A stretch of 52,367 bases of DNA from the IMG/VR virus record IMGVR_UViG_3300022680_000054, positions 1 to 52,367 of that record, one strand, 5' to 3'. How positions within the stretch are numbered: the first letter of the stretch is position 1; every line of letters begins with the position of its first letter. The DNA is from a virus (taxonomy: Duplodnaviria; Caudoviricetes). Made by a program: the position numbers and the translations under genes. The notes under the pieces were generated by a model. It worked only from the letters and a program-made list of their open reading frames with translations, made no database searches and was not told the DNA's origin. Below are positions 43,089 through 52,367 of the stretch, one piece after another.

Positions 43089-43549
43089 GCGATCTTGGTC
43101 CCCTTGATAAACCGGATCGGGAAATCTCTCAATCCACCCCCCCGGCGCTCCAGGCCCCCGGTGATCTCGAATTTCGGCCACAGCGCGGTCGCTGTGTATT
43201 CCTCCCACAGCCCGCTCTGGCGGTTCCAGGTGCGGATGGTATTGGCGCGGCTGTAATCCGTGCTGTTAAAAAAGGTATCGCGCAGGTACCGCACCATGTC
43301 CGGGGACAGGTAGGCAAAAGCCCAATCGATGACCGCGCCGCCGTAGCCGTCCCGTGTGCCGTCCAGGCTGTCGAGCAGTTGCACGGCAGGCGTCACCACC
43401 ACGATGGACGGCTGCAACCAGGCCACGCCGCCGCGTCCGATATTCATGTCGGTTTGTCCCGGGAAGTTCTCTATTGCGTAGGTCGTGCTGAGCACCACCC
43501 CCGCCGCCTGTGTGCCGTCGGCCCACCGGTATCCACTGATCGCCGCCAT
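43085..43549 (-). CDS. distal tail-like protein
   Basis: Immediately after the tape measure gene (TAATG overlap). Confidence 0.6.
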   Translation of the reverse strand: MAAISGYRWADGTQAAGVVLSTTYAIENFPGQTDMNIGRGGVAWLQPSIVVVTPAVQLLDSLDGTRDGYGGAVIDWAFAYLSPDMVRYLRDTFFNSTDYSRANTIRTWNRQSGLWEEYTATALWPKFEITGGLERRGGGLRDFPIRFIKGTKIA

Positions 43550-45729
43550 TATAGTTGTCCTGACAGGGTGTAACCACCCTTGATCGCATTTATGGCAGCC
43601 ATGGTTCCGCCCTGGACAGACTGCTGGATTTGCTGCGCCGACATGCCGCTGCCAATGTTGCCGTTAAAATTAAAAATGGTTGACGTGCTGTTTGCGATGT
43701 TGCCCAGGAAGCCCTTTCCGCCCGAACTCAAGCCCGCCGCCAGCCCGGCCAAAGCCCCGACCCCGGTGAAGCCCGTGCTGCCGCCGGTATATCCACTGGT
43801 GACCGGTGACGACGCGCCGCCCCCGCTGGTGGCTTTTTTACCGGCAAATATGCGGCTGATCTGGTCGGCAATCGCGCCGTACCCCCGGCTGCTGATGCGC
43901 AATAACGCCGCCTGCCGCTGTTCTTCCAGCGCGGCTACCTGGGCATTAAAGGCGGCCTGGTCGATCAACGCCTGCTCAAAGGCTTTACGCCGCGTCTGGA
44001 TTTCGATGTCCAGGCCCCGGTTCAAGTCCTCGATGCGCTGCTGCAAGGCGTCCCGCTCGGCGGCGATCTGTTCTTGCAGCAGGTCACGCTGTTTGGTTAT
44101 CCCGGCGCGAATGGTGGCGATGCGCTGCGCGGTTGACTTGCGCAGGTCGGCCAGGCGCTGGGCCGCTTCCGCCTTGCGTTCCTTCTGTTCGGACTGGAAA
44201 TCCTCAGAGCGGCGGCGTTCCTCCACACTGGCATCCTCGTCCATGCGCCGCAGGTCTTGCTGGCCCTGGCGCTGGGTGCGGATGAAGGCCACCACATCAT
44301 TAGCTTCTTCGGCGGCCAACAGGTCGTTGTTTAAGTCCTCAATGCGCCGAATGCGCTCCCGGTTGAAGTCCTGCAAGCTGCGCAGTTCTTCCCGCCGGAA
44401 ATTATCGACCGCCTTGATTTCCTTCTGCATGTAGTCGCGCTCGATCTTGCTGCGCTGTTCGGCGGCCTTGCTGTTGGCCTGGGCGATCTGCCCTTCCGCG
44501 TTTTCCAGGAACTTGGCAAAGCCCGCTTCCAGGTTGTCAATGGCGGCGGCGCTGGCCTGACGAGCGGCGGCCTTGGCTTCGTTGTTGCGGATTTCCAGGT
44601 CGATCAGGTCTTCTTCCAGTTTGGCGCGGTCCCGCTCGATATTGAGCAGTTCCAGCTGCCGGTCGATCTTGGCGTTTACTTCGGCCTCGTCGGCGGCGCG
44701 GGCGGCGGCAATGGCCGCTTCGGTGGCTTCGTCACGGGCATCGGCCAGGCGCTGCTCGGCTTCGGCGGCGTCGTTGGCCGCTATCGCGTTCTCGGCTACC
44801 GTGCCGCGCAATTCACCCAGTAATAAGTTGGCTTCTCGTGATTCGGCTTCTAATCTTACTATCTCATCCCGCATGGTGCCCACGCCGCGCGCGTTAAATC
44901 CATCGGCGACTTCTGTGAGAACGCCCCATCCACCCACAAGCTGGTCCAGTGAACGGTTAAGAAAATCAATGCGCTCCTGGTTTTCTCTTATGGTTTCATT
45001 TAATTCTTCTACGGTCTCGGCGCGTCCCTCGCCCGTTAAGTCATCAACCATATCACTGAATTGTTCTTGAGCTGCGATATAGGCTTCTATACCTTTAACC
45101 GCTTCTTCATTGGCCTGTTTCCACAACTCTAGCGCTACCGAAATGGCGGCTCCCAACCCGGCAACCGCCACAACCGCACCGCCTGCTAATTTGGCAAATT
45201 GACCAGTCGATAAATTCAGACCCGACATACTGTTAAAGGCATCGGTAGCCTTCCGGCCCATTTCGCCCAAGGCTGGCCCTAAACGCCCGATACCCTCAAA
45301 GGCATCGGCCACGTCTGCCCCCAACATACCCACGTCAGCTAAACCGCCTAATCCTACCCCGCGCGCCAACCCAGACACCGCGCTGATATTGGTGCCCACA
45401 TCGCCAAAAGCTTCGGTTTCGTCACGGGCACGCCGGGCGGCATCCCCGTAGTCCTCGACAGCGGCGGCGGCTTGCCGGGCTTCGTCGGCAGTACCCCGTA
45501 GGCGGCGTTCGGTGTCGTCCAGCGCCGAGTCAAGCTGGCGTTCGGCCTGGGTTGTTTGCGCAACCGAACGCGCCCAACGCTCGGCAGATTTGGCTGCCAT
45601 TTCCGCCGCGCTGGCCTGGTCCTCTATCATTTGTAGGAGTTGCTTGGCGCGCTTGTCGGCGTCGTTATCCTCTATGCGATAATTCAGGACAACTTCGCTG
45701 ACCTTGCGGCTGCGTTTACGTCCCATCAA
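43549..45729 (-). CDS. tail tape measure protein
   Basis: 726 aa Ala/Glu/Gln-rich helical protein with a central hydrophobic segment, after the tail chaperones. Confidence 0.85.
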   Translation of the reverse strand: MMGRKRSRKVSEVVLNYRIEDNDADKRAKQLLQMIEDQASAAEMAAKSAERWARSVAQTTQAERQLDSALDDTERRLRGTADEARQAAAAVEDYGDAARRARDETEAFGDVGTNISAVSGLARGVGLGGLADVGMLGADVADAFEGIGRLGPALGEMGRKATDAFNSMSGLNLSTGQFAKLAGGAVVAVAGLGAAISVALELWKQANEEAVKGIEAYIAAQEQFSDMVDDLTGEGRAETVEELNETIRENQERIDFLNRSLDQLVGGWGVLTEVADGFNARGVGTMRDEIVRLEAESREANLLLGELRGTVAENAIAANDAAEAEQRLADARDEATEAAIAAARAADEAEVNAKIDRQLELLNIERDRAKLEEDLIDLEIRNNEAKAAARQASAAAIDNLEAGFAKFLENAEGQIAQANSKAAEQRSKIERDYMQKEIKAVDNFRREELRSLQDFNRERIRRIEDLNNDLLAAEEANDVVAFIRTQRQGQQDLRRMDEDASVEERRRSEDFQSEQKERKAEAAQRLADLRKSTAQRIATIRAGITKQRDLLQEQIAAERDALQQRIEDLNRGLDIEIQTRRKAFEQALIDQAAFNAQVAALEEQRQAALLRISSRGYGAIADQISRIFAGKKATSGGGASSPVTSGYTGGSTGFTGVGALAGLAAGLSSGGKGFLGNIANSTSTIFNFNGNIGSGMSAQQIQQSVQGGTMAAINAIKGGYTLSGQL

Positions 45730-46081
45730 ACATATTCCCCACGTTTATCGTGTTCGGATCGTCCCACGGATCGGGTGCGGTCGTTTTGTTTTCGGCCTGT
45801 AAGATATGCCGTACAATGGTCATGATATAGTTTAACTTCTGCACATCGGCGATCAGCTTGGCCGGTTGGTCCAGCATACCGCCCGGCTTCGGCAGATGCT
45901 GGTCTTTCATTCCGTAATACACGGTCAGCACAGTATCGAACGGATGGTGAAAGCCAAAATCAGGCAGGTCGGCTTGTGTCAATTCATCCAGGCTCAATTC
46001 GGCATGAACAATTTCCTCTATCCGTTCAATAATGCCCTGCTGCCATACTTGCCGCCGGGCTAATCGCTCTCCGCTTTTTTT
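45716..46081 (-). CDS. tail assembly chaperone, -1 frameshift extension (gpGT-like)
   Basis: The -1 frame from the A AAA AAA slippery site (46075-46081) reads KSGERLARRQ..LSLDELTQ..LPKPGGMLDQP. Confidence 0.75.
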   Translation of the reverse strand, partial: KKSGERLARRQVWQQGIIERIEEIVHAELSLDELTQADLPDFGFHHPFDTVLTVYYGMKDQHLPKPGGMLDQPAKLIADVQKLNYIMTIVRHILQAENKTTAPDPWDDPNTINVGNMFDGT

Positions 46082-46443
46082 ATGTCCTCGGTAACCTCCG
46101 GGCGTAATTCCGGCGCTACCGGGTCGGCATTTACAGCATTAACAGAATCCCGCCAAGTGCGATACAGTCCACCGGGCAACTTAAAAAAAGCCTCGTAAGA
46201 TGCCCGTAGATCGTCCGGGGAATCGGTTGCGGCGGGCGGCTCGTAACCGATGTCCCCGTCGATCTCGGTCTGTGTAACACAGTACAGAAACTGCATGAAC
46301 TTTACCGGGTCATCAGTGGCGTTGATGCCCGATTCCGACAGTTTCCAGGCAATTTGATCTTTGTCGATCTCATCGCCAATAGTGGACGGTCTCACCGTGA
46401 AGGTGGCCCCGCGCCATTCAAAAACTTGATTGCTATTCATCAC
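46060..46443 (-). CDS. tail assembly chaperone (gpG-like)
   Basis: Between tail tube and tape measure; ends just after the slippery site. Confidence 0.75.
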   Translation of the reverse strand: MMNSNQVFEWRGATFTVRPSTIGDEIDKDQIAWKLSESGINATDDPVKFMQFLYCVTQTEIDGDIGYEPPAATDSPDDLRASYEAFFKLPGGLYRTWRDSVNAVNADPVAPELRPEVTEDIKKAESD

Positions 46444-46461
46444 TATGTCCCCCCGGATAGA

Positions 46462-47313
46462 TTAGACATCCATCTCGTAAAACACATGAATCAACTGGTT
46501 GTTTGCCGGAGCGGTCACAAAGTCAATCGTGCCTAGGCTGCCAGCGTTGGGATCGATGGTATAGTGCGTGGTGATGGTTTGCTTGATACCCTCAACGTAA
46601 ACCGCACAGGCATTGGCAGCTTTGGGGCGGTGCGCAAAGTTGAACACATCCTGCGCGCCATCCCCGCGCCATGCTTGCAGCGTTACCGGATTGTTGCTGG
46701 TGAACTGGTAGAAGGCGGCCTGCTCAGTACCAAACACGCTTTCGCCAAATGTTTCCCCGAAGGGCCGCATGTCTGACTGTGACATGGTGATACTGTAGCG
46801 GTAAGGCGGCGCGGCGCGTTCGTTGAAGTCGTTATAGAGCACTTCGCCGTTGGCCTTGGTGATCACGACGCCTTCCCAGCGGCCTGAACCACGTTGGCCC
46901 GCAGTCCAGCTTTTAGCCTGACGCTGAAAGATAAACGCCACATCGGCATAGGTTGGGTCTTTGGGCATCCCCACCGCCAATTCGGCGAAGGTTTCATGCT
47001 CATAGATCGTCAGACCCTTTAGTGCGGCCTCGAAGTTCATATCCTTGACGGCCATTTCCAAAACCCCCGATGGCCCCGATGCCGAGCCAAATAGGAAGGA
47101 AGTCAGCCACTGATCATCTCCGGTTACATCCAGTTGATCAGCTTCTGGAATACCGGTCGGCATCGTTTTGACGCCGTACAAACGGCCCATATTCGAGCCG
47201 TCCTGATCCCCGGCGGTCAGGGATGCAGATTGGCCCAGGACGCGCCCCGTTGTATCCAGGATGCCCCACCAGCCATATTGAAACCCTGCGCCGATAACAA
47301 GTTTGTCACCCAT
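46462..47313 (-). CDS. major tail (tube) protein
   Basis: 283 aa; position; C-terminal Ig-like segment (VYVEG..HYTI..GTIDFVTAPA). Confidence 0.75.
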   Translation of the reverse strand: MGDKLVIGAGFQYGWWGILDTTGRVLGQSASLTAGDQDGSNMGRLYGVKTMPTGIPEADQLDVTGDDQWLTSFLFGSASGPSGVLEMAVKDMNFEAALKGLTIYEHETFAELAVGMPKDPTYADVAFIFQRQAKSWTAGQRGSGRWEGVVITKANGEVLYNDFNERAAPPYRYSITMSQSDMRPFGETFGESVFGTEQAAFYQFTSNNPVTLQAWRGDGAQDVFNFAHRPKAANACAVYVEGIKQTITTHYTIDPNAGSLGTIDFVTAPANNQLIHVFYEMDV

Positions 47314-47327
47314 CGTAATTGTCTCCG

Positions 47328-47789
47328 TTAGGTATTGATAGCTTCAAACAAATGACAGATGTGCACGAACTCGACCCCGATCTGCACGTGCGGCACACCG
47401 GGCGTGATAAAATACTCAAGCCCCGAATCGCTCTCCACCCAAACGCCCAGCGCGTGCAGGTAGGCAGGGGCGGTGGTATTGGTGGTCCCGATCAGCTGGT
47501 CGGCGTCGGCAATTGCCTGATGCCACAGGCTGATCTGCTCATACAGGTCATCTTCCACTTCGCCGTTATAGTTCTCGGTGAAGTGCCCGATGATTAAACG
47601 ACTGATGACGCGCCGGATTTCTATCGACTGCTCATCCCCGTCAATGTCATATTCCCCCGGCCCCAGCGCATTGGTCCAGTAGGGGAAACCGGCGGCGGAC
47701 GCGGCCTGCCGCCGGAAGGCTTCGCTGCCGCTGATCGTTTCTTTTTGCAGGTCGGCAAACCGCTTTAACAGGTCGCTATGGTCCGACAT
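47328..47789 (-). CDS. tail terminator-like protein
   Basis: Acidic 153 aa ORF upstream of the tail tube gene; call by synteny. Confidence 0.55.
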   Translation of the reverse strand: MSDHSDLLKRFADLQKETISGSEAFRRQAASAAGFPYWTNALGPGEYDIDGDEQSIEIRRVISRLIIGHFTENYNGEVEDDLYEQISLWHQAIADADQLIGTTNTTAPAYLHALGVWVESDSGLEYFITPGVPHVQIGVEFVHICHLFEAINT

Positions 47790-48642
47790 AGGTCATATAC
47801 CCCTGTAAGGTGTCCAGCAGTTCCACTTCCAGATCGCGCGGGTAGGCGGCTCCCCCGGAGTCAGCGGCGGGAATATCGTAAGCGCCGCGCCGCTTGTAGA
47901 GCAGCGCCGCGTGACGGGCCACCGTGTGCCGGATCATGTCTTCCGGGTAAAACACATCCAGCTGCACGTCCTTGGCGTGGGCGGCGGCTGTGCTGCCGTT
48001 TTCACCGCGTCGCACGGTCAGCGTGTTCAGAGTGGTATCGGTTTCTAGCACGCGCATCCACTCAGACCCGGCCCGGATCAGGTGTCCCGCCGAAAAGCGC
48101 GGCGTGCGGTTTTCCCAGTCGGCCCCGTCGGCATCGGTCACCGTGACAGTGGTCACCGTGGCATTGATGCCCCCGGCGTCCTGGATGCTGTCGCCGCTGT
48201 CCCGCCAGCCTTCGGTCAGATAGTACGGGCGGAAGCCCCAATCGGCCCCCACGTACACCGTCGCCGTGTAGTCGCTGTTGGCCCAGGTGCTATACCAGTC
48301 GTCCCCGGTGTTGATCAGGCGCAGCTTGTTGTAGGGGCTGTAGCCGTTGACGTATGCCTCGACGTTGGTCCCCACCGTCAGGGCGGTGTTGTAGACGGTC
48401 ACGCTGTTCAGGGCCAGGAACCACTTATCGAGGAAAAACAACCGCTCCAGGCTGTTCACCCGGTCGGCGCGGATGTAAAAGGTGCGGGTCTGCTTGAACG
48501 GCTCCAGGCGATGCCCGAACACCCGCAGGATGCGGTTACTCGCCACGTCCAGCATCCGCAAGAGTTTAATGTCTTCGTCGGCGTCGGTGGTCGTGTCGGC
48601 CTTTAATTCGGCCCGTGCTTCTGCCAGTGTTGCGTAGGCCAT
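47776..48642 (-). CDS. head-tail adaptor protein
   Basis: MAYATLAEARAEL start and PEDMIRHTVARHAALLYKRR end, typical of gp15-like connectors, with an inserted domain. Confidence 0.75.
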   Translation of the reverse strand: MAYATLAEARAELKADTTTDADEDIKLLRMLDVASNRILRVFGHRLEPFKQTRTFYIRADRVNSLERLFFLDKWFLALNSVTVYNTALTVGTNVEAYVNGYSPYNKLRLINTGDDWYSTWANSDYTATVYVGADWGFRPYYLTEGWRDSGDSIQDAGGINATVTTVTVTDADGADWENRTPRFSAGHLIRAGSEWMRVLETDTTLNTLTVRRGENGSTAAAHAKDVQLDVFYPEDMIRHTVARHAALLYKRRGAYDIPAADSGGAAYPRDLEVELLDTLQGYMTYVGP

Positions 48643-48646
48643 CCCC

Positions 48647-49156
48647 CTACCTCCGGTATATCTCGTCTATAATGTCCGGCCACGCCGCCGCCAGTTGGTC
48701 CTGGCTGGCCCGGAAAATCTTATCGAAGAACAGCACCGCCATGGCCCACCCGGTGTCTTTGTGGAACGGTTGCTGGTGACGGCCTACCCGGTCCCCGTAA
48801 ATGTACTGGGCGATCTTCGATGGGTTTTCCATGGTCACCGTGCCTTCGGTCAGTCGCAGCGCGGCCAGGATGCGCCACTTCTTCGCCAGCTTACCGGTTC
48901 GCCGATAGGGCAGGTTGTTCTGTGCCCGCAGCATCGCCATGACGAAACGGCGTTGCTTCTCAGACGCCCAACGGATCGGGTACTTTGGCCTGCCGGGCAA
49001 AGCCATCAACTCGCGGTTCATGCGCCGCTCCATGATGGGTATCATGTGGCGCTCGACGTATTTAGCCACGCCCCGACCTACTGCCTTTTTATCGGCATCG
49101 GTCCAGACCGGGACAATCGTGGCGTTGACCTTGATGTCAAAAGCGAACAATGGCAA
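48647..49156 (-). CDS. neck / tail completion protein (HK97 gp10-like)
   Basis: Basic protein, YRRTGKLAKKW..AQYIYG..QQPFH..GW. Confidence 0.65.
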   Translation of the reverse strand: MPLFAFDIKVNATIVPVWTDADKKAVGRGVAKYVERHMIPIMERRMNRELMALPGRPKYPIRWASEKQRRFVMAMLRAQNNLPYRRTGKLAKKWRILAALRLTEGTVTMENPSKIAQYIYGDRVGRHQQPFHKDTGWAMAVLFFDKIFRASQDQLAAAWPDIIDEIYRR

Positions 49157-49170
49157 ACTCCATACAACAC

Positions 49171-49213
49171 AAAAACGCCCCGGAGACAGCGACTCGCGCT
49201 GCCCTGGGGCGTC
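49171..49213 (-). terminator. terminator-like hairpin in the leader of the neck/tail genes
   Basis: ACGCCCC..CAGCG-CGAGT-CGCTG..GGGGCGT then TTTT. Confidence 0.55.
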
Positions 49214-49263
49214 AGGGTTCAGTTGTGAAAGCGTAAATTACTAGCTTAAGTATATATTAGATT

Positions 49264-49458
49264 TTATTTGTTGTCACTAAGCAAATTCGCGTAGTTAATG
49301 CGATCCCACACTTCCTGCCAACTTTCGTCATTGTTCTTGTCTTTCCTCTGGCGATTTCCGCATCTGCAACGCCACTCATTAAGTCGGGCAACCATGAACA
49401 TGCCGCACCTTTGACACACTTTATAATTGCGGTTGCTCTTATTCGGCTCATAAGCCAT
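49264..49458 (-). CDS. small zinc-ribbon protein
   Basis: VCQRCG..WRCRCG. Confidence 0.6.
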   Translation of the reverse strand: MAYEPNKSNRNYKVCQRCGMFMVARLNEWRCRCGNRQRKDKNNDESWQEVWDRINYANLLSDNK

Positions 49459-49461
49459 CAG

Positions 49462-49764
49462 TTATCCCCCCACTTCTATCGGACCAACCGTAAAGTTGCC
49501 CCGCATCACCGCCGCGCCACTGACCCCAAACACCAGCACCACCCACTGCCCCCAACCGGAGGCCCACAGCAGCACGAACAGCAGCGCCGTCCACAGCGAC
49601 GTGCAGGCGTGGCATTTGAGCACACCGCCGAACGTCCACCGGGCACGTACCCGGCGGAAGATTTCAAACGGCCCGATCTCGGCGGTCAGCATGTAGGCCA
49701 GCCGCCAGCAGGCGGGATATAGGGCGATAGCCGACAGGATGGTTAGCAGGTCATGGTCGTTCAA
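49462..49764 (-). CDS. membrane protein, DUF1360-like
   Basis: WRLAYML..GPFEIF..LKCHACTSLW. Confidence 0.7.
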   Translation of the reverse strand: MNDHDLLTILSAIALYPACWRLAYMLTAEIGPFEIFRRVRARWTFGGVLKCHACTSLWTALLFVLLWASGWGQWVVLVFGVSGAAVMRGNFTVGPIEVGG

Positions 49765-49999
49765 GATGTGCCCCCGTTCCTACTTTGACCTGCCGGGACA
49801 GGCCCAATTCTGGATGATGTTCCAACCGCCGCCCGAACTCGTTGAACGCCGTTTCAACTTCTGGCCGGGTCACCAGGTCGGCGTTGATGATCTCCTGCAT
49901 CAGTTGTTCCAGTTGGTACACGCGCATTTTAAGCAGCACGTTATCCTTTTCGAGTGCGACCAGCCGCTGCTTGATGGTGGGCTTTTTAGGCTGGGTCAT
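49751..49999 (-). CDS. hypothetical coiled-coil protein
   Basis: Starts MTQPKK at a boundary repeat. Confidence 0.65.
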   Translation of the reverse strand: MTQPKKPTIKQRLVALEKDNVLLKMRVYQLEQLMQEIINADLVTRPEVETAFNEFGRRLEHHPELGLSRQVKVGTGAHLERP

Positions 50000-50223
50000 T
50001 TTTGGATACCTGTCACTTTTTGCCATGATTCGGGAATTGGTAAACAGTCCAAGCAAAAGCGGGCTAATTTCTCGTGCGGCACGCCCACCTGTTGCTTTGG
50101 CTCATACCAATAATGCTTATTGTATGCAATCCGCTTTTTACAGCACGTACATTTGCGTCCCCATACACTTTTCATCACACCCAAATATACAAAGGCTTCC
50201 TTAGTTTGTTTAGGCTGGCTCAT
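49996..50223 (-). CDS. small Cys-rich protein
   Basis: Starts MSQPKQ; CTCC..FCLDC. Confidence 0.65.
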   Translation of the reverse strand: MSQPKQTKEAFVYLGVMKSVWGRKCTCCKKRIAYNKHYWYEPKQQVGVPHEKLARFCLDCLPIPESWQKVTGIQK

Positions 50224-50450
50224 TATCCGCCACCCCAGACGGCCTTTGCGGTCGGCTCGGTTATTTCTACGGCATCTTGAAACCGCAACTCGTGACACGT
50301 GTGTGATTCAAGTTGCTCTTTCATAACCTGCATTGCCTCAGCTTCATCATGAGCCACCACAACCGCCAAACCATGGGAATAGTTGAGCAGGGTAGATTCA
50401 TCACACCATATCCAAACGCGCAGTGGTTTATTGTTTTCAGGCTGGGTCAT
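50223..50450 (-). CDS. hypothetical protein
   Basis: Starts MTQPEN at a boundary repeat. Confidence 0.65.
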   Translation of the reverse strand: MTQPENNKPLRVWIWCDESTLLNYSHGLAVVVAHDEAEAMQVMKEQLESHTCHELRFQDAVEITEPTAKAVWGGG

Positions 50451-50652
50451 TGGGAAAAAACCTTATACTAGGCATCATGCGATTCTTTGGCTTAACTGGT
50501 GGACCACAATCCGGCCTCAAAGCATCGGGGTTGTCTTTGATATATTCCGCCACCCTTTTTATAAAGTCCCTTTTGAACTGACTCATACAGGATGGGCACT
50601 CACCAGGACGACTTAAAACCCATTTATGTTTTTTAGATTTAGGCTGGCTCAC
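50437..50652 (-). CDS. hypothetical protein
   Basis: GTG start MSQPKS at a boundary repeat; CPSC. Confidence 0.6.
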   Translation of the reverse strand: MSQPKSKKHKWVLSRPGECPSCMSQFKRDFIKRVAEYIKDNPDALRPDCGPPVKPKNRMMPSIRFFPNDPA

Positions 50653-52367
50653 GTTCCCGCTCCTTATCAATCAACGGTAGCAACTCCACAAACAACCGCC
50701 GCACCAGCGCGTCAAATGTATATTCCTGCTCCACCAACACCCGCCCCGCCTTGCGAATGCGGCCCCGGTGCGCTGCCCTACCCTTCACCCGTTCCAACCA
50801 ATAGGCGATCTTGTCCCCCAGGTCGTCCAGGTCTTCCCATGCGATATAGTGCTTGCCGTCCTCAAAACCGGTGTATTGTTTCAGGTTGGGCACGCTTTCA
50901 TGCAGCAGCATCCCGCCCCGGTCCCCCAACGTCTGGATGAAGCGATTACTGACAAAGGCGGTGGTGCCCGGAAAGGCATCCCCGATCACGATCTTACTGT
51001 TCAGGTGCAGCGCTTTCGCGGTGGCGAAGTCATACAAGCACTCCCCGTCCCCCTCCGGCCATCCCGCCCCGTACAATCCCACCTTATACGGCAGGCTGCG
51101 CAGGAATGCCCCCAACTGGTGACGGCTTTCCATGTAGGCGTTCGCCAGATACACGATGTCATACGTCGGCACGTCGGGCAGATCACCTCGCGGCGTTTCA
51201 TAGCCGATCTGCCAGTAGGCTGCCGTGATGCCCAGGCTTTTATACAATTCGAGCGGTGCGGCATTAACCACCAATTGCAGGTCTACATGGCGCAGCAGTT
51301 CCAGGTAGCCCGGTTCGTCCAGCCCGCGCGCGTCCCCGTGCCAGTTAATCACCCGCATATTGGGGCATAATGACCGCATATATGCCAACCGGTCCGGCGT
51401 GACGATTGTGGCGTCCTGGAACTGTGAGACCAGCAGGTCCGGCTGCCATGCCTTGACGGCATTGTCCAGGTCTACCCCGCTGTTGAGGTAATCGATCTGG
51501 TACACGTACCCCCGACGGGCGAGTGCCCGCCGCAGACCCCGCTTGGTGCGGCGCTGCAAAGGGTGCCCGGCTTCGTAAATGGGCAGGTACATGATGCGCA
51601 GCCTCCGCCTGTAGTCCTCTGGCGGTTCGACCTGCGGCCCGTGTTGTATCTGCGGTCCATGCGGAAATCGCCGGTAATACGGCGGGCGCTCAGCGCTGTG
51701 GTCTACCTGTAACTGCTTGCTGACGTTAATCTCACGCAGATTGTCACTGGGGATGTGATCGGTCACCTGCACGCCGGGCACGTCGTCAATGCTATAGCCC
51801 TGCTCGATGATACAGGCCGACAGGAAATTATCGCCGCCATAGGTTGGACTCTGGCTCATGATCGGATCACGGTCTCCCCACCAGCCTACCAGATCGCCCA
51901 GCCACCGCCGGAACATGCCGACCTGGGCATAGGTGACCACCGTCTGGCCGCCGCCGTCCGGCAGTTGGGCCGGCATGATCTCGGTGCCGTACATCTGGTT
52001 AGACTTGAAGCGGTTGGGGCGGTTGTCGGCGAAGGCCACGCCGCCGCAGCGGGGATAATCCTCCAGGTGAGCCATGGCCGCCGAAATGCTGAATTGCCCG
52101 AACGTCACATCGTCATTAGCCAGCACCACGTAAACGCCCCGCGCCGCCCTGGCCCCATCACAGAAGGCCGGGATCGCGCCGCGCAGTTCGCCGTGTTCGA
52201 TCAGCTGCACGTCCGGTTGTCCGCGCAGGTAGTCCAGCGTGCCGTCATCTGAGCCGCCGTCTACAATCACGAACTCATACGGCACCCCGGCAGGCAGCGC
52301 CATACGGGCGCTGTCGATCATGTTGCGCAGGTAGGGCAGCCGGTTATAGGTGCCGCTAACGATTGAC
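50639..52367 (-). CDS. two-domain glycosyltransferase (GT2 plus CgeB-like GT-B), 5' end outside the window
   Basis: SIVSGTYNR, IVDGGSDDGT, LANDD, GGDN; C-terminal YDIVYLAN, VSNRFIQ, GFEDGKHY..LGDKIAYWL. Confidence 0.9.
   Translation of the reverse strand, partial: SIVSGTYNRLPYLRNMIDSARMALPAGVPYEFVIVDGGSDDGTLDYLRGQPDVQLIEHGELRGAIPAFCDGARAARGVYVVLANDDVTFGQFSISAAMAHLEDYPRCGGVAFADNRPNRFKSNQMYGTEIMPAQLPDGGGQTVVTYAQVGMFRRWLGDLVGWWGDRDPIMSQSPTYGGDNFLSACIIEQGYSIDDVPGVQVTDHIPSDNLREINVSKQLQVDHSAERPPYYRRFPHGPQIQHGPQVEPPEDYRRRLRIMYLPIYEAGHPLQRRTKRGLRRALARRGYVYQIDYLNSGVDLDNAVKAWQPDLLVSQFQDATIVTPDRLAYMRSLCPNMRVINWHGDARGLDEPGYLELLRHVDLQLVVNAAPLELYKSLGITAAYWQIGYETPRGDLPDVPTYDIVYLANAYMESRHQLGAFLRSLPYKVGLYGAGWPEGDGECLYDFATAKALHLNSKIVIGDAFPGTTAFVSNRFIQTLGDRGGMLLHESVPNLKQYTGFEDGKHYIAWEDLDDLGDKIAYWLERVKGRAAHRGRIRKAGRVLVEQEYTFDALVRRLFVELLPLIDKEREREPA

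Noticed and set aside
1-52367. Exact circular closure of the window
   Set aside because: Joining the ends does not give a convincing start for the GT at the right end, and a different ORF runs off the left end; some sequence appears to be missing

Overview
Near-complete genome of a tailed (siphovirus-like) dsDNA phage, cut inside a glycosyltransferase cluster that appears at both window ends. The host may be a Chloroflexota-type bacterium, but this is a weak inference. The long minus-strand unit runs from 24.5 kb leftward: Cro-like HTH gene, an ~870-nt non-coding structured RNA block with two anticodon-less tRNA mimics (one resembling a tmRNA tRNA-like domain with no mRNA part), DNA methylase, lambda-O-like initiator with iterons, DnaB, TerS/TerL, portal-MuF fusion, protease/scaffold, major capsid, then glycosyl- and methyltransferases. 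It resumes from the right end with neck, tail tube, frameshifted tail chaperone, tape measure, tail and lysis genes. The plus-strand early region (24.7-33 kb) holds a Gp3-like recombination protein and many small accessory genes separated by a family of dif/lox-like quasi-palindromes and shared gene-boundary repeats. No integrase, CI-type repressor, CRISPR array or reverse transcriptase was recognised. The best candidates for undescribed biology are (1) the tRNA-mimic-punctuated ncRNA block, (2) the dif/lox-like cassette array, and (3) the probable virion glycosylation cluster and a possible holin-hydrolase frameshift. All protein calls come from motif recognition by eye; no database search was run.
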